Shown: positions 35,508 through 45,571, counted from the first letter of the stretch. The stretch is 64,000 nucleotides of DNA from Verrucomicrobiota bacterium (GCA_012517065.1 JAAYVR010000133.1:258-64257); one strand, 5' to 3'. Numbers and translations are program-made. Notes: a model not told the origin generated them from the letters alone.

Positions 35508-36194
35508 ATGCAAACCGACGGCCTCAAACTGCGAATTGAACGAAAGTTCGTTCCCGAAGGGTTGTCTGTGGACGACGCGCTCAGTCTCGTTCGGCAACAC
35601 CCAGCCGTGTTCAGAGAAGCCTACCCACCGCGCTGGGTGAACAATCTGTACTTCGACACCCCGGACCTCCGTCTTTACAGAGAACACGTCCACGGCGTCT
35701 CGCACCGGATCAAGGTCAGGATTCGCTGGTACGGCCAGTTCGACGGGCGGATTGAACGGCCCGCTTTCGAGATCAAAAGGCGCTTCGGAACAACCAGCGG
35801 CAAAGAAGTGTTCGATTTCCCTCCCTTTTCAATAAACGGTCAACTTCCGCGCGAAGCCATTGTCGCTGCGCGCAACTGTGAACAACTGGCCGAAGCAGCG
35901 CGGCTGACGTTGAACGAGCTGAATCCGGTTTTGGGCAACCGTTACAGGCGCTTCTACTTCCTAAGCGCAGACGGCACGGTTCGTTTGACCGTTGATACTG
36001 ACCTTCAATTCTGCGGGTTTGGTGAGTTTGGCGGCCGGCTGCAGGGAATGCAACCCGCCGCAACACGATTGGTCATCGAGCTGAAGTACGATCCTGTCAA
36101 CGGAGATCAGGCCGCATTTGTGGCCGGACAGTTTCCGTTTCGCCCGACGCGCTGCTCGAAGTACGTCATTGGCATAACGCAACTGTTCGCTTGA
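35508..36194 (+). CDS. VTC-domain (CYTH-like, polyphosphate-polymerase-domain) protein
   Basis: 228-aa ORF. LRIERKFVP...VNNLYFDTPDLRLYREHVHGVSHRIKVRIRWYG...ELKYD is the pattern of bacterial VTC-domain proteins. Confidence 0.8.
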   Translation: MQTDGLKLRIERKFVPEGLSVDDALSLVRQHPAVFREAYPPRWVNNLYFDTPDLRLYREHVHGVSHRIKVRIRWYGQFDGRIERPAFEIKRRFGTTSGKEVFDFPPFSINGQLPREAIVAARNCEQLAEAARLTLNELNPVLGNRYRRFYFLSADGTVRLTVDTDLQFCGFGEFGGRLQGMQPAATRLVIELKYDPVNGDQAAFVAGQFPFRPTRCSKYVIGITQLFA

Positions 36195-36417
36195 ACAGTT
36201 TTGCGAGGCCGCGCCTTAACCGACCGAGCACGCGGTGCCATAATGTCGTACATGTACTCGCCGCTCTCGGTGCCTTGCTCGCCTCGCCAAAATGTTGCAG
36301 CTCCGCACCCACTTCGTCCCTTGGCAACCGAATGCGCCGGCAAATGAATTGGTTCGTCACACGCCCGTCTTCCAGCATTGCAATGTTGCGTGGGTGTTGT
36401 GCAGAATCATGACCTGT

Positions 36418-39400
36418 ATGAGCTCGCGTTTAATGATCCATTTCAGACGAATCGTTGGAGTGCTTGGTCTGGTTTTTTTAACGACTGCCGTCGCAAGTGC
36501 GATGGGGGCAGGGTGGCAGCCTGCTGCGGGCAGGTTGATGACCCGCTGGGCAAAAGACGTTTCACCCGAAAACGCGCATCCCGAATACCCGCGTCCGATG
36601 ATGGTGCGCAAGGATTGGCTCAATCTCAACGGCTTGTGGGACTATTCAGTCGTTGATAAGGACGCGCCAAAACCATCCGCCTGGGAGGGGAAGATCCTCG
36701 TTCCGTTCCCAATCGAGTCTGCGCTTTCCGGCGTAATGAGACAGGTAAGCGAAAACCAGCGGCTGTGGTACCGCCGGACGTTCAAACTGCCCGAGTCATG
36801 GCGGGGCCGGGATGTGTTGCTTCAGTTCGGCGCGGTTGATTGGGAAGCAATCGTTTGGGTCAACGGCCATGAAGTTGGGAGGCATCGCGGTGGCTACGAC
36901 GAATTTGGATTCAACATCACCTCGGCGTTGAACGAGGGAGGCGAACAGGAGATAGTTGTGGCTGTTTGGGACCCCACTGACGCCGGTTATCAACCACGCG
37001 GCAAGCAGGTGCGCAGGCCGGGCGGCATTTGGTACACGCCGACGACGGGCATTTGGCAAACAGTGTGGGTCGAGCCGGTGACTCGAACCCACGTGGCGTC
37101 CGTCAGAATCGCGCCCAACATTGACGCCGGCACAGTTGATCTCACGGTCAATTTGAACAGCGCTTCTGGCGGAAACGCAAACGTCCATGCTGCTGCTTAC
37201 GATGCTGCACAGCAGGTGGCTTCCGCCGAAACCGGCAATGTTCAGGTCGCCAAAGGCGCGACCGCTGCGAAGCTCAAACTCAGCATTCCAAATTGCAAAC
37301 TGTGGTCTCCTGACAACCCGTTCCTGTACGATCTTGTGATTACGGTCAAAGAGAACGGAAGTGAGCTCGACCAAATCCGCAGTTATTTTGGAATGCGCAA
37401 GATCTCGCTCGGCAAGGACGAAAAAGGCATCTTGCGGCTTTGCCTCAATAACAAGCCTCTGTTCCAGTTCGGTCCGCTTGACCAAGGGTTCTGGCCGGAC
37501 GGGATTTACACAGCGCCCACAGATGAAGCGCTGCGGTACGACATCGAAATGACGCGGCAGCTCGGTTTCAACATGGCACGAAAACACGTCAAAATTGAGC
37601 CGCAACGATGGTATTACTGGGCCGACAAACTCGGGTTGTTGGTTTGGCAGGACATGCCCAGCGGCGACAAATTCATCGGCGGAAACGACCCCGATATTCA
37701 GCGGTCGCCTGAATCCGCGGCGCAGTTCGAGCGCGAACTCATCGCATTGGTCGAAGGCAGATTCAATCACCCGTGCATTGTGATGTGGGTGCCTTACAAC
37801 GAGGGATGGGGCCAATGGGACACTTGCCGCATCGTCGATCTCATCAAAACTCACGATCCAACCCGCCTTGTCAACAACGCCAGCGGCTGGACCGACCGCA
37901 AATGCGGCGATGTTAACGACATTCATTCATATCCCGGGCCTGCGGTCCCAAGACGCGAGGAAAACCGCGCTGTCGTGCTCGGCGAGTTCGGCGGGCTCGG
38001 CCTGCCAGTTAAAGGACATACGTGGCAGGATGAAAGAAACTGGGGCTATCGCAGCTTCAAGACTTCAGAGCAACTCACCGACGCTTACGTTGCGCTGATA
38101 CGTAAATTGCGGCCAATGACCGGCGACCCCGGACTGAGCGCCGCTGTATATACACAGACAACAGACTGCGAGATCGAGGTCAACGGTCTCATGACTTACG
38201 ACCGCGCCATGGTGAAAATGGATCAAGCCGCGATCACCGAAGCCAACAAATCGGTCTATACGCCGCCTGCCCCGCGCAAAGCCGAAGTCGGCAAGCTCGT
38301 GCCCCCGGCAACACCACTGGTCGCGTGCGACCCTTACCTCAGCATTTGGTCGCCTGCTGACCGGTTAACGGATGATGACACTGTTCACTGGACAGGCCGG
38401 CCGCACAGGCTCACTGGCGTCATACAAATCGACGACAAGTTTTACCGAATCATGGGCGCAAGCCCGGCGAAGATACCCGCACTGCCACAAGAGAACCTCA
38501 CAGTTTTGCCCACCAGAACCGGTTACACATTCGAGGGCAACGGAGTCACCGTTGAACTCACTTTCATGACCGCTGCTTTGCCCGAAGACATTGACCTGTT
38601 GTCCAGACCCGTTACCTACGTCACTGCAGATGTGCACGCTTCCGATGGCAAAGAGCACAAGGTGTTGTTGTACTTCGACGCTTCAGCAGAACTAACCGTG
38701 AACGAGCCCAGACAACAGGTCGTGTACGCCACAGAAACAATCGGCGACCTCCGCGCGCTGAAGATAGGGTCCAAGGATCAGCCCGTTCTCGCCAAGAAAG
38801 GCGATGATATCCGGATTGACTGGGGTTATCTGTACGTGTGCTCGCAGACGGTCCCGGGCGCTTTTCACGCCATAGCACCACATGGCGCATGGAGTGACGT
38901 CCTCTCCAGCGCCGCCGCAGGACGGTCACCAGGCCCGTTCGAGATACCATCGACACCTGCCGCCGAAGAAATCGTCGCTTCTCTCGCTTTCGATCTGGGC
39001 CGGGTTTCTTCTCAGGGCGTTTCCCGATGGTTCATGCTCGCGTACGACGATCTTTACTCGATTCAGTACATGAAGAAGAACCTCAGACCGTACTGGCGCC
39101 GAAACGGGTGGGAAGCGGCGGATTTGTTGCGTGCCGCTGCCAAAGACTATGAGACACTCAGCAAACGTTGCGCAGTTTTCGACGACGAGTTGATGGCCGA
39201 TCTAACCCGCGTTGGTGGCGCCAACTACGCCAAACTGTGCGCGCTGGCGTACCGGCAATGTTTCGCAGCAGGCAAGTTTGTTGCCGATGACAACGGGCAA
39301 CCGCTCCAGTTTTGCAAGGAAAACCACTCGAACGGCTGCATCGGCACGTCCGATGTCTTCTACCCAATGTCGCCACAGTTCCTCCTTTTTGGGCCTTCTT

Positions 39401-40785
39401 TGGCAAAATCCTTTCTCGTTCCGTTCATGAACTACGCGGCCAGTCCGCGCTGGAAATTCCCGTTCGCGCCTCACGATCTTGGGACCTACCCGCACGCGAA
39501 CGGGCAGGTGTACGGCGGCGGTGAACGCACAGAGCAGAACCAGATGCCGGTCGAGGAAAGCGGCAACCTGCTGATCCTTATGGCTGCTGTGGCACAAATT
39601 GATGGCAATGCATCGTTTGCAAGCCTGTATTGGCCCAAGTTGGAACAATGGGCTTCGTATCTGAAGGACAAAGGCTTCGATCCCGAAAACCAACTCTGCA
39701 CCGACGATTTTGCCGGGCACCTTGCCCACAATGTGAATTTGAGCGCAAAAGCCATTTGTGGCCTGGGCGCATTCGCGAAGCTTTGCGAGCTGCGCGGTGA
39801 GACTGCCAAGGCAAAAGAATACTCTGCAGTAGCGAAAGAATTCGCCCAACGCTGGGTCCGTGAAGCCGACGACGGTGACCATTTCCGTCTTGCGTTCGAC
39901 AAACCCGGCACTTGGAGCCAGAAGTACAATCTCATCTGGGATCGTATCCTGGGCCTGAACCTGTTCCCATCAGAAGTCGCTCAAAAAGAAATGGCGTATT
40001 ACAAGAGGGTCCAAAACAGGTATGGTCTGGCTCTGGACAATCGCGAGTCCTACACCAAGCTCGATTGGATCACGTGGACGGCTACGTTGACCCAGAACCG
40101 CGCCGATTTTGAAGCGCTCATTGATCCGGTGATCCTTTTCCTGAACGAAACCCCTGACCGTTCTCCAATGACCGATTGGTACCAGACCAAAACAGCAAGA
40201 AAGGTCGGATTCACCGCACGGCCCGTCGTGGGCGGAGTTTTTGCTCAGACGCTCTACGACAAAGGGCTCTGGCAGAAATATGCAAGCCGTGACAAAACCA
40301 AAGCGTCCGGTTGGGCGCCCATGCCCACACCGCCAGTGACGAAAACGATCGTGCCAACGTCCGAAGTCGAATCCGCAACATGGCGTTACACAACCTCCCG
40401 GCCCACCCAAGATTGGATGAAGCCTGAGTATGACGACTCCGCATGGAGCCAAGGACCCGCCGGATTCGGCACAGCAGGCACGCCGGGCGCGCATGTTCGG
40501 ACACGATGGAACACGCAGAACATCTGGTTGCGGCGTGAAATCGCGCTGCCTGAAAGTCCACTGCGGTCGCCGATGTTCCGCATGCATCACGACGAGGATG
40601 TCGAAGTGTACGTGAACGGAATTCTTGCTGCTGCCGCATCCGGTTACACCACCGATTACGAAGAAGTACCCTTGACGCCTGCGGGGAAAGCCGCTTTGCG
40701 CCCCGGCCGGAACGTCATCGCCGTTCATTGTCGGCAGACCGGCGGCGGACAGTACATCGACCTCGGTTTGGTGGACACTCAATAG
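36418..40785 (+). CDS. Giant secreted fusion: GH2-type glycosidase + glutaminase-A-like (DUF5127/DUF4965/DUF1793) module + C-terminal galactose-binding-like domain
   Basis: The ATG at 36418 gives the signal peptide MSSRLMIHFRRIVGVLGLVFLTTAVASA. The GH2 part has LLQFGAVDWEAIVWVNGHEVG, NHPCIVMWVPYNEGWG (acid/base) and VVLGEFGG (nucleophile). The middle has DPYLSIWSPADRL..HWTG...FYRIMG and DLGTYPHANGQVYGG, typical of the glutaminase-A-like family. The C-terminus has DDSAWSQGPAGFG...VEVYVNG. Confidence 0.88.
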   Translation: MSSRLMIHFRRIVGVLGLVFLTTAVASAMGAGWQPAAGRLMTRWAKDVSPENAHPEYPRPMMVRKDWLNLNGLWDYSVVDKDAPKPSAWEGKILVPFPIESALSGVMRQVSENQRLWYRRTFKLPESWRGRDVLLQFGAVDWEAIVWVNGHEVGRHRGGYDEFGFNITSALNEGGEQEIVVAVWDPTDAGYQPRGKQVRRPGGIWYTPTTGIWQTVWVEPVTRTHVASVRIAPNIDAGTVDLTVNLNSASGGNANVHAAAYDAAQQVASAETGNVQVAKGATAAKLKLSIPNCKLWSPDNPFLYDLVITVKENGSELDQIRSYFGMRKISLGKDEKGILRLCLNNKPLFQFGPLDQGFWPDGIYTAPTDEALRYDIEMTRQLGFNMARKHVKIEPQRWYYWADKLGLLVWQDMPSGDKFIGGNDPDIQRSPESAAQFERELIALVEGRFNHPCIVMWVPYNEGWGQWDTCRIVDLIKTHDPTRLVNNASGWTDRKCGDVNDIHSYPGPAVPRREENRAVVLGEFGGLGLPVKGHTWQDERNWGYRSFKTSEQLTDAYVALIRKLRPMTGDPGLSAAVYTQTTDCEIEVNGLMTYDRAMVKMDQAAITEANKSVYTPPAPRKAEVGKLVPPATPLVACDPYLSIWSPADRLTDDDTVHWTGRPHRLTGVIQIDDKFYRIMGASPAKIPALPQENLTVLPTRTGYTFEGNGVTVELTFMTAALPEDIDLLSRPVTYVTADVHASDGKEHKVLLYFDASAELTVNEPRQQVVYATETIGDLRALKIGSKDQPVLAKKGDDIRIDWGYLYVCSQTVPGAFHAIAPHGAWSDVLSSAAAGRSPGPFEIPSTPAAEEIVASLAFDLGRVSSQGVSRWFMLAYDDLYSIQYMKKNLRPYWRRNGWEAADLLRAAAKDYETLSKRCAVFDDELMADLTRVGGANYAKLCALAYRQCFAAGKFVADDNGQPLQFCKENHSNGCIGTSDVFYPMSPQFLLFGPSLAKSFLVPFMNYAASPRWKFPFAPHDLGTYPHANGQVYGGGERTEQNQMPVEESGNLLILMAAVAQIDGNASFASLYWPKLEQWASYLKDKGFDPENQLCTDDFAGHLAHNVNLSAKAICGLGAFAKLCELRGETAKAKEYSAVAKEFAQRWVREADDGDHFRLAFDKPGTWSQKYNLIWDRILGLNLFPSEVAQKEMAYYKRVQNRYGLALDNRESYTKLDWITWTATLTQNRADFEALIDPVILFLNETPDRSPMTDWYQTKTARKVGFTARPVVGGVFAQTLYDKGLWQKYASRDKTKASGWAPMPTPPVTKTIVPTSEVESATWRYTTSRPTQDWMKPEYDDSAWSQGPAGFGTAGTPGAHVRTRWNTQNIWLRREIALPESPLRSPMFRMHHDEDVEVYVNGILAAAASGYTTDYEEVPLTPAGKAALRPGRNVIAVHCRQTGGGQYIDLGLVDTQ

Positions 40786-40847
40786 CCGGGCGAGCTTGGA
40801 AACTCGTTGTTCGTCGCGCGTGGTTTGGCCAGCCGACACAACACTAA

Positions 40848-40911
40848 CCCGGAAATCTCACCCAATTGCTGGCCAAACACACCCAACCCCTGATCCGGTG
40901 AGATTTCCGGG
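40848..40911. repeat. 65-bp REP-like hairpin element
   Basis: CCCGGAAATCTCACCC (40848-40863) and CCGGTGAGATTTCCGGG (40895-40911) flank a ~31-nt loop, starting 63 nt after the stop of the GH2-fusion gene. Confidence 0.85.
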
Positions 40912-40953
40912 TTAGGAATTGTATTGAAACAAGCCCTCGGACGGGCCAAATAG

Positions 40954-41970
40954 TTGGCCGTGAAGTGCTTTGTCACCGGTGGTTCCGGCTTTATTGGCAG
41001 CAACCTGGTGCGCGAACTGGTCGCACTGGGTCACGAAGTGAAGGTTTTGTTAAGGCCTTCGTCGGACTTGCGCGCTCTTCAGGGGGTCGATTTCGAGCGT
41101 GTCGAGGGGGATTTGACAAACAGAGGGTCCCTGATCAAAGCAATGCGCGGTTGTGACTGGTGTTTTCACGTCGCAGCAGTGTACGCGTTGTGGATGCGGG
41201 ATTACGCACCTATGCATGTGACCAATGTAGCCGGCACGCGCGAAGTCCTCGAAGCTGCAGCAGAGGCCGGCTGCAAACGAATAATTCACACCAGCACAGT
41301 GGGATGCATCGGTCTGCCCCGAGAACGTGGCGGACGGATTGTCCCGAGCGACGAAACAGCCCACGCCTCATGGTCGCGCATGACCAATGAGTACAAGAAA
41401 TCAAAGTGGCGAGCGGAAAGCATAGCATGCAGCCTCGCAGCCAAAGGCGCACCCGTGGTGATTGTCAATCCGAGCGCCCCTGTCGGGCCACGAGACGTCA
41501 AGCCGACTCCGACAGGCCAGATGATCGTTGATTTTCTCAACAAACGAATGCCGGCCTATGTTGATACTGGGTTGAACTGGGTCCACGTGCGAGACGTGGC
41601 CATCGGCCATATTCTGGCCGCCGAGAAAGGCCGTGTCGGAGAGCGCTACATTCTCGGCAACGCGGATGGCAACTGGACGATGAAACAAACACTTGAAGCG
41701 CTCGCTGAAATCACCGGGTTGCGCGCGCCCAAGGTCCGAATTCCCTACTTTGTTGCACTCTTCTATGCGTACATTGGCGAAGCCATCGCGCAGATGACCG
41801 GTCGGCCACCTCGCGCTCCTCTTGCGGGCGTTCGCATGTCCAAGCACAAAATGTATTTCGACCCCGCAAAAGCAATCCGCGAGCTGGGTTTGCCTCAGAC
41901 CCCGCCGCGGAAAGCATTCGAAGACGCTGTCGAATGGTTCAAATCGAACGGCTATGTTCGGCCCTCCTGA
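40954..41970 (+). CDS. NAD-dependent epimerase/dehydratase (SDR; HpnA/dihydroflavonol-reductase-like)
   Basis: 338-aa ORF (TTG at 40954 or GTG at 40960). It has the Rossmann motif FVTGGSGFIGSNLVREL and the catalytic Y-x3-K in NEYKKSKWRAE. Confidence 0.88.
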   Translation: MAVKCFVTGGSGFIGSNLVRELVALGHEVKVLLRPSSDLRALQGVDFERVEGDLTNRGSLIKAMRGCDWCFHVAAVYALWMRDYAPMHVTNVAGTREVLEAAAEAGCKRIIHTSTVGCIGLPRERGGRIVPSDETAHASWSRMTNEYKKSKWRAESIACSLAAKGAPVVIVNPSAPVGPRDVKPTPTGQMIVDFLNKRMPAYVDTGLNWVHVRDVAIGHILAAEKGRVGERYILGNADGNWTMKQTLEALAEITGLRAPKVRIPYFVALFYAYIGEAIAQMTGRPPRAPLAGVRMSKHKMYFDPAKAIRELGLPQTPPRKAFEDAVEWFKSNGYVRPS

Positions 41971-42005
41971 TAAACCGTAAGACAGGCGGGTGAAACACGC
42001 CCAGA

Positions 42006-42020
42006 CCGGAAATCTCACCG
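42006..42020. repeat. Single arm of the REP-like element
   Basis: CCGGAAATCTCACCG lies between the convergent genes ending at 41970 and 42112. Confidence 0.6.
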
Positions 42021-42111
42021 CCCAACCGCTCGGATTCTCCCATTCATTCAGCCCGGGCTAGCTGCGGTTGGGCGGCTGACAAAGGCTGCGCGATTGTTGG
42101 GCCAGACCTGG

Positions 42112-44121
42112 TCAGCGTATGTTATTCAACGCTTCCTGAGCTTTCTTCTTGGTGGATTCGTTGGCCGATGTTGCGGCAGCAACTTCCAAGGCTTTCTTGC
42201 GTTGCTCCTTGGTGACCCCGGGCAGATTCTTCGATGCAAGTGAGACAATAGCCGAGCTGGCTTCCTCGGCAACGGCGGAGTCGGACGCAAGACTGACAAG
42301 CAAATCAAGTGATCCCGGAATTGGCAGGCTGCCGAGAACGGTGACGGCAAGCCGCTTTTCCTCGGGCAGGTTCATCGATGGAAGCACGTCTTTCACCTTT
42401 TCGAGTTTCTGCTCGTCAGTGAGTCTTTTGTCGCCACGAATGCACTCGAGGTATCCGCGTGCGCCAAGGATTTGATGCGAAGCCTTCTTGCCTGACTTGA
42501 CCAACACGAGCAACGGAAGTGCCACGGCGGTATCTTCAGGCCAGTTGTTTGGCCACGTTGAAAGGGTCCGCACAGCCTCGTCTTGAACGGTCTCATTTGA
42601 ATCATTCAGTGCCGCTGTGACAGCCCCGAGAGCCTCAGGCCCGCCCGCAGCAGCCATTGCTTGCAGAGCAACAATGCGCACTGCAGCTCTGTCGTTCTTC
42701 GTAAGTGGGAGGACGTGTGCTGCGGCTGAGCCGCCGGCTCGCCCGCAGACGGCCACAAGAGCTTGCCCGAATGCGTCCAGCTCTTTTTCATCCGCGGTTT
42801 TGGCGACGAGACCAACGAGTTCTGGCACCTGAGCGGCACCGCCGAGAGCAGTTATGGCCTGAACAGCCGCAGTTCGGGTCGCGGGATCGGCATCTGAAAT
42901 TGCGTTCGTAATGGCTGGCAGAGCCTTGACGAGCTGCCGTTGCGAAGCGGTTTCGATCAACACACGCCGTTCCGCTCCTGTTGACTTGGCGAGGCGCGCG
43001 ATGACCTCGTTGTCCACATCGGCTGCCCCCATCTTGGCGAGCGTGCTCTTGGCGGCTTTTGCGAGGTCAGCATCGGGTCCGGCGGCCAACAACAGCAAAT
43101 CCGACACGCACGAAACGTCGCCGATGTTCTCGAGAATGCCAACCGCGGCGAGTTGGAGTTCTTTTGAACCAGTGCGCGCAGCGTCACGCACCGCCGGTAA
43201 CACCGCGGAATCATTGCGGTCGCCAATCGCCATCAATAACAGCGGTTGGCGGGCCGGTTCGAGCTGTTTCATTGCGGCTGCAAGGGCCGCAGTCACAGCG
43301 CGGCCTTCCAGTTCACGAGCGACGCGCAGGCCGATGGCAACCATTGTCTTGTCCGGCGACTTGAGTTGGTCGAGCAAGAGCGGCACGCCAGCTTCGCCGC
43401 GGGCGAGAATGGCACCGCGGATTGCCTCTGCGATGCGTTGTTTTGGAACGTCCGACTTGCGAACGAAATCATAGAGCTCCATCGCCTCGGACTTTTTGCC
43501 GGATGCGAGGAACTGTTCTGCGGCGCGAACGAGACCTTCAGCGACTGCCGACTTTACCTCTGGCTGTGCGGTGGCCATGGTTGACTTCAACGCGCTGGCG
43601 GCGTCGAGACCTCCTATCTGGCCGAGAGCCGCCGCAGCCGCGGAGGCAACCTCAGCGTCTGCATGTTTCAAATGCGTAACAAGCGCGGCGACAGCGCCAG
43701 CATCGCGCCTTCTGCCAATCGAGTTAATCGCACCAACGAGCAGTCTGCCGTTCAGCCCGGGCAGAGCATCACGAAGCGCTTTGTCCGCTGACGGGTCTGG
43801 TATCACTTCAAGCGCGATTCGGGCCCATGAAGCAAGCTCCGGGTTCCCAAGCAGAGAAGCCAGTGCGGGTACGGATTTGCCCGACCCATAAATTGCCAGT
43901 TGTTTGCAGGCCATGGCTTTCTCCTGAGGTGGCGCGCTGGATGACTGCAAGACGGCGAGGAACTTCTCTTCTTTGCCCGCGGCATTTTCCGCGGCTCTCG
44001 CGTGTCCAGACAACAGCAACAGCGCAAGACCAGCCAGCATCGCAATCGACGAAGCGAAACAACCACTGCCTGACCGAAATGAACTCTTTGTTTGCATATG
44101 AGGTGTGAGCATAGCCTTCAT
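42112..44121 (-). CDS. Secreted HEAT-repeat protein (paralog of 27860-29860)
   Basis: 669-aa ORF with a signal-like segment SSIAMLAGLALLLLSGHARAAE and HEAT repeats throughout. It shares landmarks with its paralog: ACKQLAIYGSGKSVPALASLL here versus ICQQLAVIGTDACLPAINTLL there. Confidence 0.8.
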   Translation of the reverse strand: MKAMLTPHMQTKSSFRSGSGCFASSIAMLAGLALLLLSGHARAAENAAGKEEKFLAVLQSSSAPPQEKAMACKQLAIYGSGKSVPALASLLGNPELASWARIALEVIPDPSADKALRDALPGLNGRLLVGAINSIGRRRDAGAVAALVTHLKHADAEVASAAAAALGQIGGLDAASALKSTMATAQPEVKSAVAEGLVRAAEQFLASGKKSEAMELYDFVRKSDVPKQRIAEAIRGAILARGEAGVPLLLDQLKSPDKTMVAIGLRVARELEGRAVTAALAAAMKQLEPARQPLLLMAIGDRNDSAVLPAVRDAARTGSKELQLAAVGILENIGDVSCVSDLLLLAAGPDADLAKAAKSTLAKMGAADVDNEVIARLAKSTGAERRVLIETASQRQLVKALPAITNAISDADPATRTAAVQAITALGGAAQVPELVGLVAKTADEKELDAFGQALVAVCGRAGGSAAAHVLPLTKNDRAAVRIVALQAMAAAGGPEALGAVTAALNDSNETVQDEAVRTLSTWPNNWPEDTAVALPLLVLVKSGKKASHQILGARGYLECIRGDKRLTDEQKLEKVKDVLPSMNLPEEKRLAVTVLGSLPIPGSLDLLVSLASDSAVAEEASSAIVSLASKNLPGVTKEQRKKALEVAAATSANESTKKKAQEALNNIR

Positions 44122-44148
44122 TTTGTAAATTGATTTGAGTGTGGGGTT

Positions 44149-45423
44149 TCAGACGCGCCATGGTTCGCGCAACGCTTCGGAACGGAGCCGATTGGCCTCG
44201 TCGTCACCGGGAAATTCATGTTTGACAGGGTCATAAACCACCTTTCTGCCGAGGAACAGCGCGATGTTGGCCGCATGACAAGTGATGTGGGAATTGCAGG
44301 CAACTTCGGCATTGGCCCGCGTTTGGCCTCTGGATTTGACGCAATCAAGAAAATTGCGGACGTGAAAGTCAGCCGGGTACCCGGAAATCTTCGGGCCTTT
44401 CCCTGTCAGAAGCACTGGGTCGCTCGCCACAATGTCGCCATTGTCAGCGGTTTCGACCCAGCCGGAATCGCCTTCGAATCTTACCGGGCAGGAACCGAGC
44501 GGCAGCCAGCCGTCATTGCGCATGACAAGTCTGACGCCATTGGCGTATTTCGCGTGCAACTGCCCGTTTTTCGGTTCGTATTCAACTGCGGAAGTGTTGT
44601 CTGCGTCGTTTGCCCACTGGCAAAGATCAACGCAATGCGAGCCCCATTCGAGACATCCACCCCCGACCATGCCACCGCCCTTCTCGAAGTTAAAGCCGTC
44701 GAGCAAGCGCCTGTTGAACGGCCGCCACGCCGCAGGACCGAGGTAAAGGTCCCAATCGACTTCCTCTTTGTTCGGCTCGGGTTCGGCGGGTGCCCATCCG
44801 CTCATCTTTGGATCGAGGCCGCCCGGATGGGCGTGGAGCGTCTGCAATTTGCCCAACCTGCCGCGCCGGGCGAGTTCGATCGCAAACGCGAAATTCGGCA
44901 GGCTGCGACGCTGTGTGCCAGCTTGGAAGACACGGCCTGTGCGGCGGAAGGTCTCTGCCAGAGCAAGGCTTTCGAAAATGGTTTTCGTGCAGGGTTTCTC
45001 GCAATAGACGTCCTTGCCGGCTTTGGCTGCCAGCATCGATGCGGTGGCATGCCAGTTCGGACCGGTTGCGATAAGCACTGCGTCGATATCAGGTCTGGCC
45101 AACAATTCGCGAAAATCGCGGTAGGTCACGCAGTCCTGATTCCCGTATCTGTTGTCAGCCATTTGCTTGACCGCTTTGCGGCGTGCAGCTTTGACATCGG
45201 CCACCGCCACAAATTGAACGTCGGGTTCGTGCAGGAAACAGCCAAGCACGTAACCACCACGGTTGCCGATGCCAATGCCGCCCAGAACAATACGTTCGCT
45301 TGGCGCGATTGCGCCAGCCCGCCCGAGAACCGTCGATGGAACGATCTGAGCGGCAAAAAGAAATGCTCCTGTTCGAACAGTTGCCTTTAGGAATCGCCTC
45401 CGGTCAAATCCAGTCGTTGTCAT
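44149..45423 (-). CDS. Gfo/Idh/MocA-family oxidoreductase with TAT signal (paralog of 29889-31310)
   Basis: The TAT motif is MTTTGFDRRRFLKATVRTGAFLF if the ATG at 45423 is used; the track lists TTG 45513 and an ATG at 45501 is also possible. AVLIATGPNWHATASMLAAKAGKDVYCEKP aligns closely with the paralog. Confidence 0.88.
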   Translation of the reverse strand: MTTTGFDRRRFLKATVRTGAFLFAAQIVPSTVLGRAGAIAPSERIVLGGIGIGNRGGYVLGCFLHEPDVQFVAVADVKAARRKAVKQMADNRYGNQDCVTYRDFRELLARPDIDAVLIATGPNWHATASMLAAKAGKDVYCEKPCTKTIFESLALAETFRRTGRVFQAGTQRRSLPNFAFAIELARRGRLGKLQTLHAHPGGLDPKMSGWAPAEPEPNKEEVDWDLYLGPAAWRPFNRRLLDGFNFEKGGGMVGGGCLEWGSHCVDLCQWANDADNTSAVEYEPKNGQLHAKYANGVRLVMRNDGWLPLGSCPVRFEGDSGWVETADNGDIVASDPVLLTGKGPKISGYPADFHVRNFLDCVKSRGQTRANAEVACNSHITCHAANIALFLGRKVVYDPVKHEFPGDDEANRLRSEALREPWRV

Positions 45424-45571
45424 TGCGGTATTGCCCTGAACATTCGATTGCTTGCGTGCGGGACGCAGCAATCCCTCGTTGCCATTTTCTAGTGCTGACA
45501 TTGCGGGCTTCAATAATCACGCTCTTAGCCCCTGTGGTCAAGCCCCGGCACTGCGTCACACAAAGACCACT

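Noticed and set aside
40954-41970. Hopanoid biosynthesis locus, given the HpnA-like epimerase here and the HpnG-like phosphorylase at 52726-53370.
   Set aside because: The two genes are 11 kb apart. No squalene-hopene cyclase or hpnH is present in the window, and both families have many non-hopanoid members. Evidence for a pathway call is insufficient.
44218-45390. Long antisense ORFs opposite well-supported genes. Examples: 390 aa at 44218-45390 (+), 331 aa at 16737-17732 (-), 376 aa at 36796-37926 (-), 360 aa at 12428-13510 (-), 256 aa at 8013-8783 (+), 289 aa at 39970-40839 (-), 314 aa at 28224-29168 (+), 317 aa at 49495-50448 (-).
   Set aside because: Each lies on the opposite strand of a gene with clear family motifs. 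The translations are Arg/Pro/Ser/Gly-rich and low-complexity, with no recognisable motifs. Such shadow ORFs are expected in GC-rich DNA, where stop codons are rare on the antisense strand.
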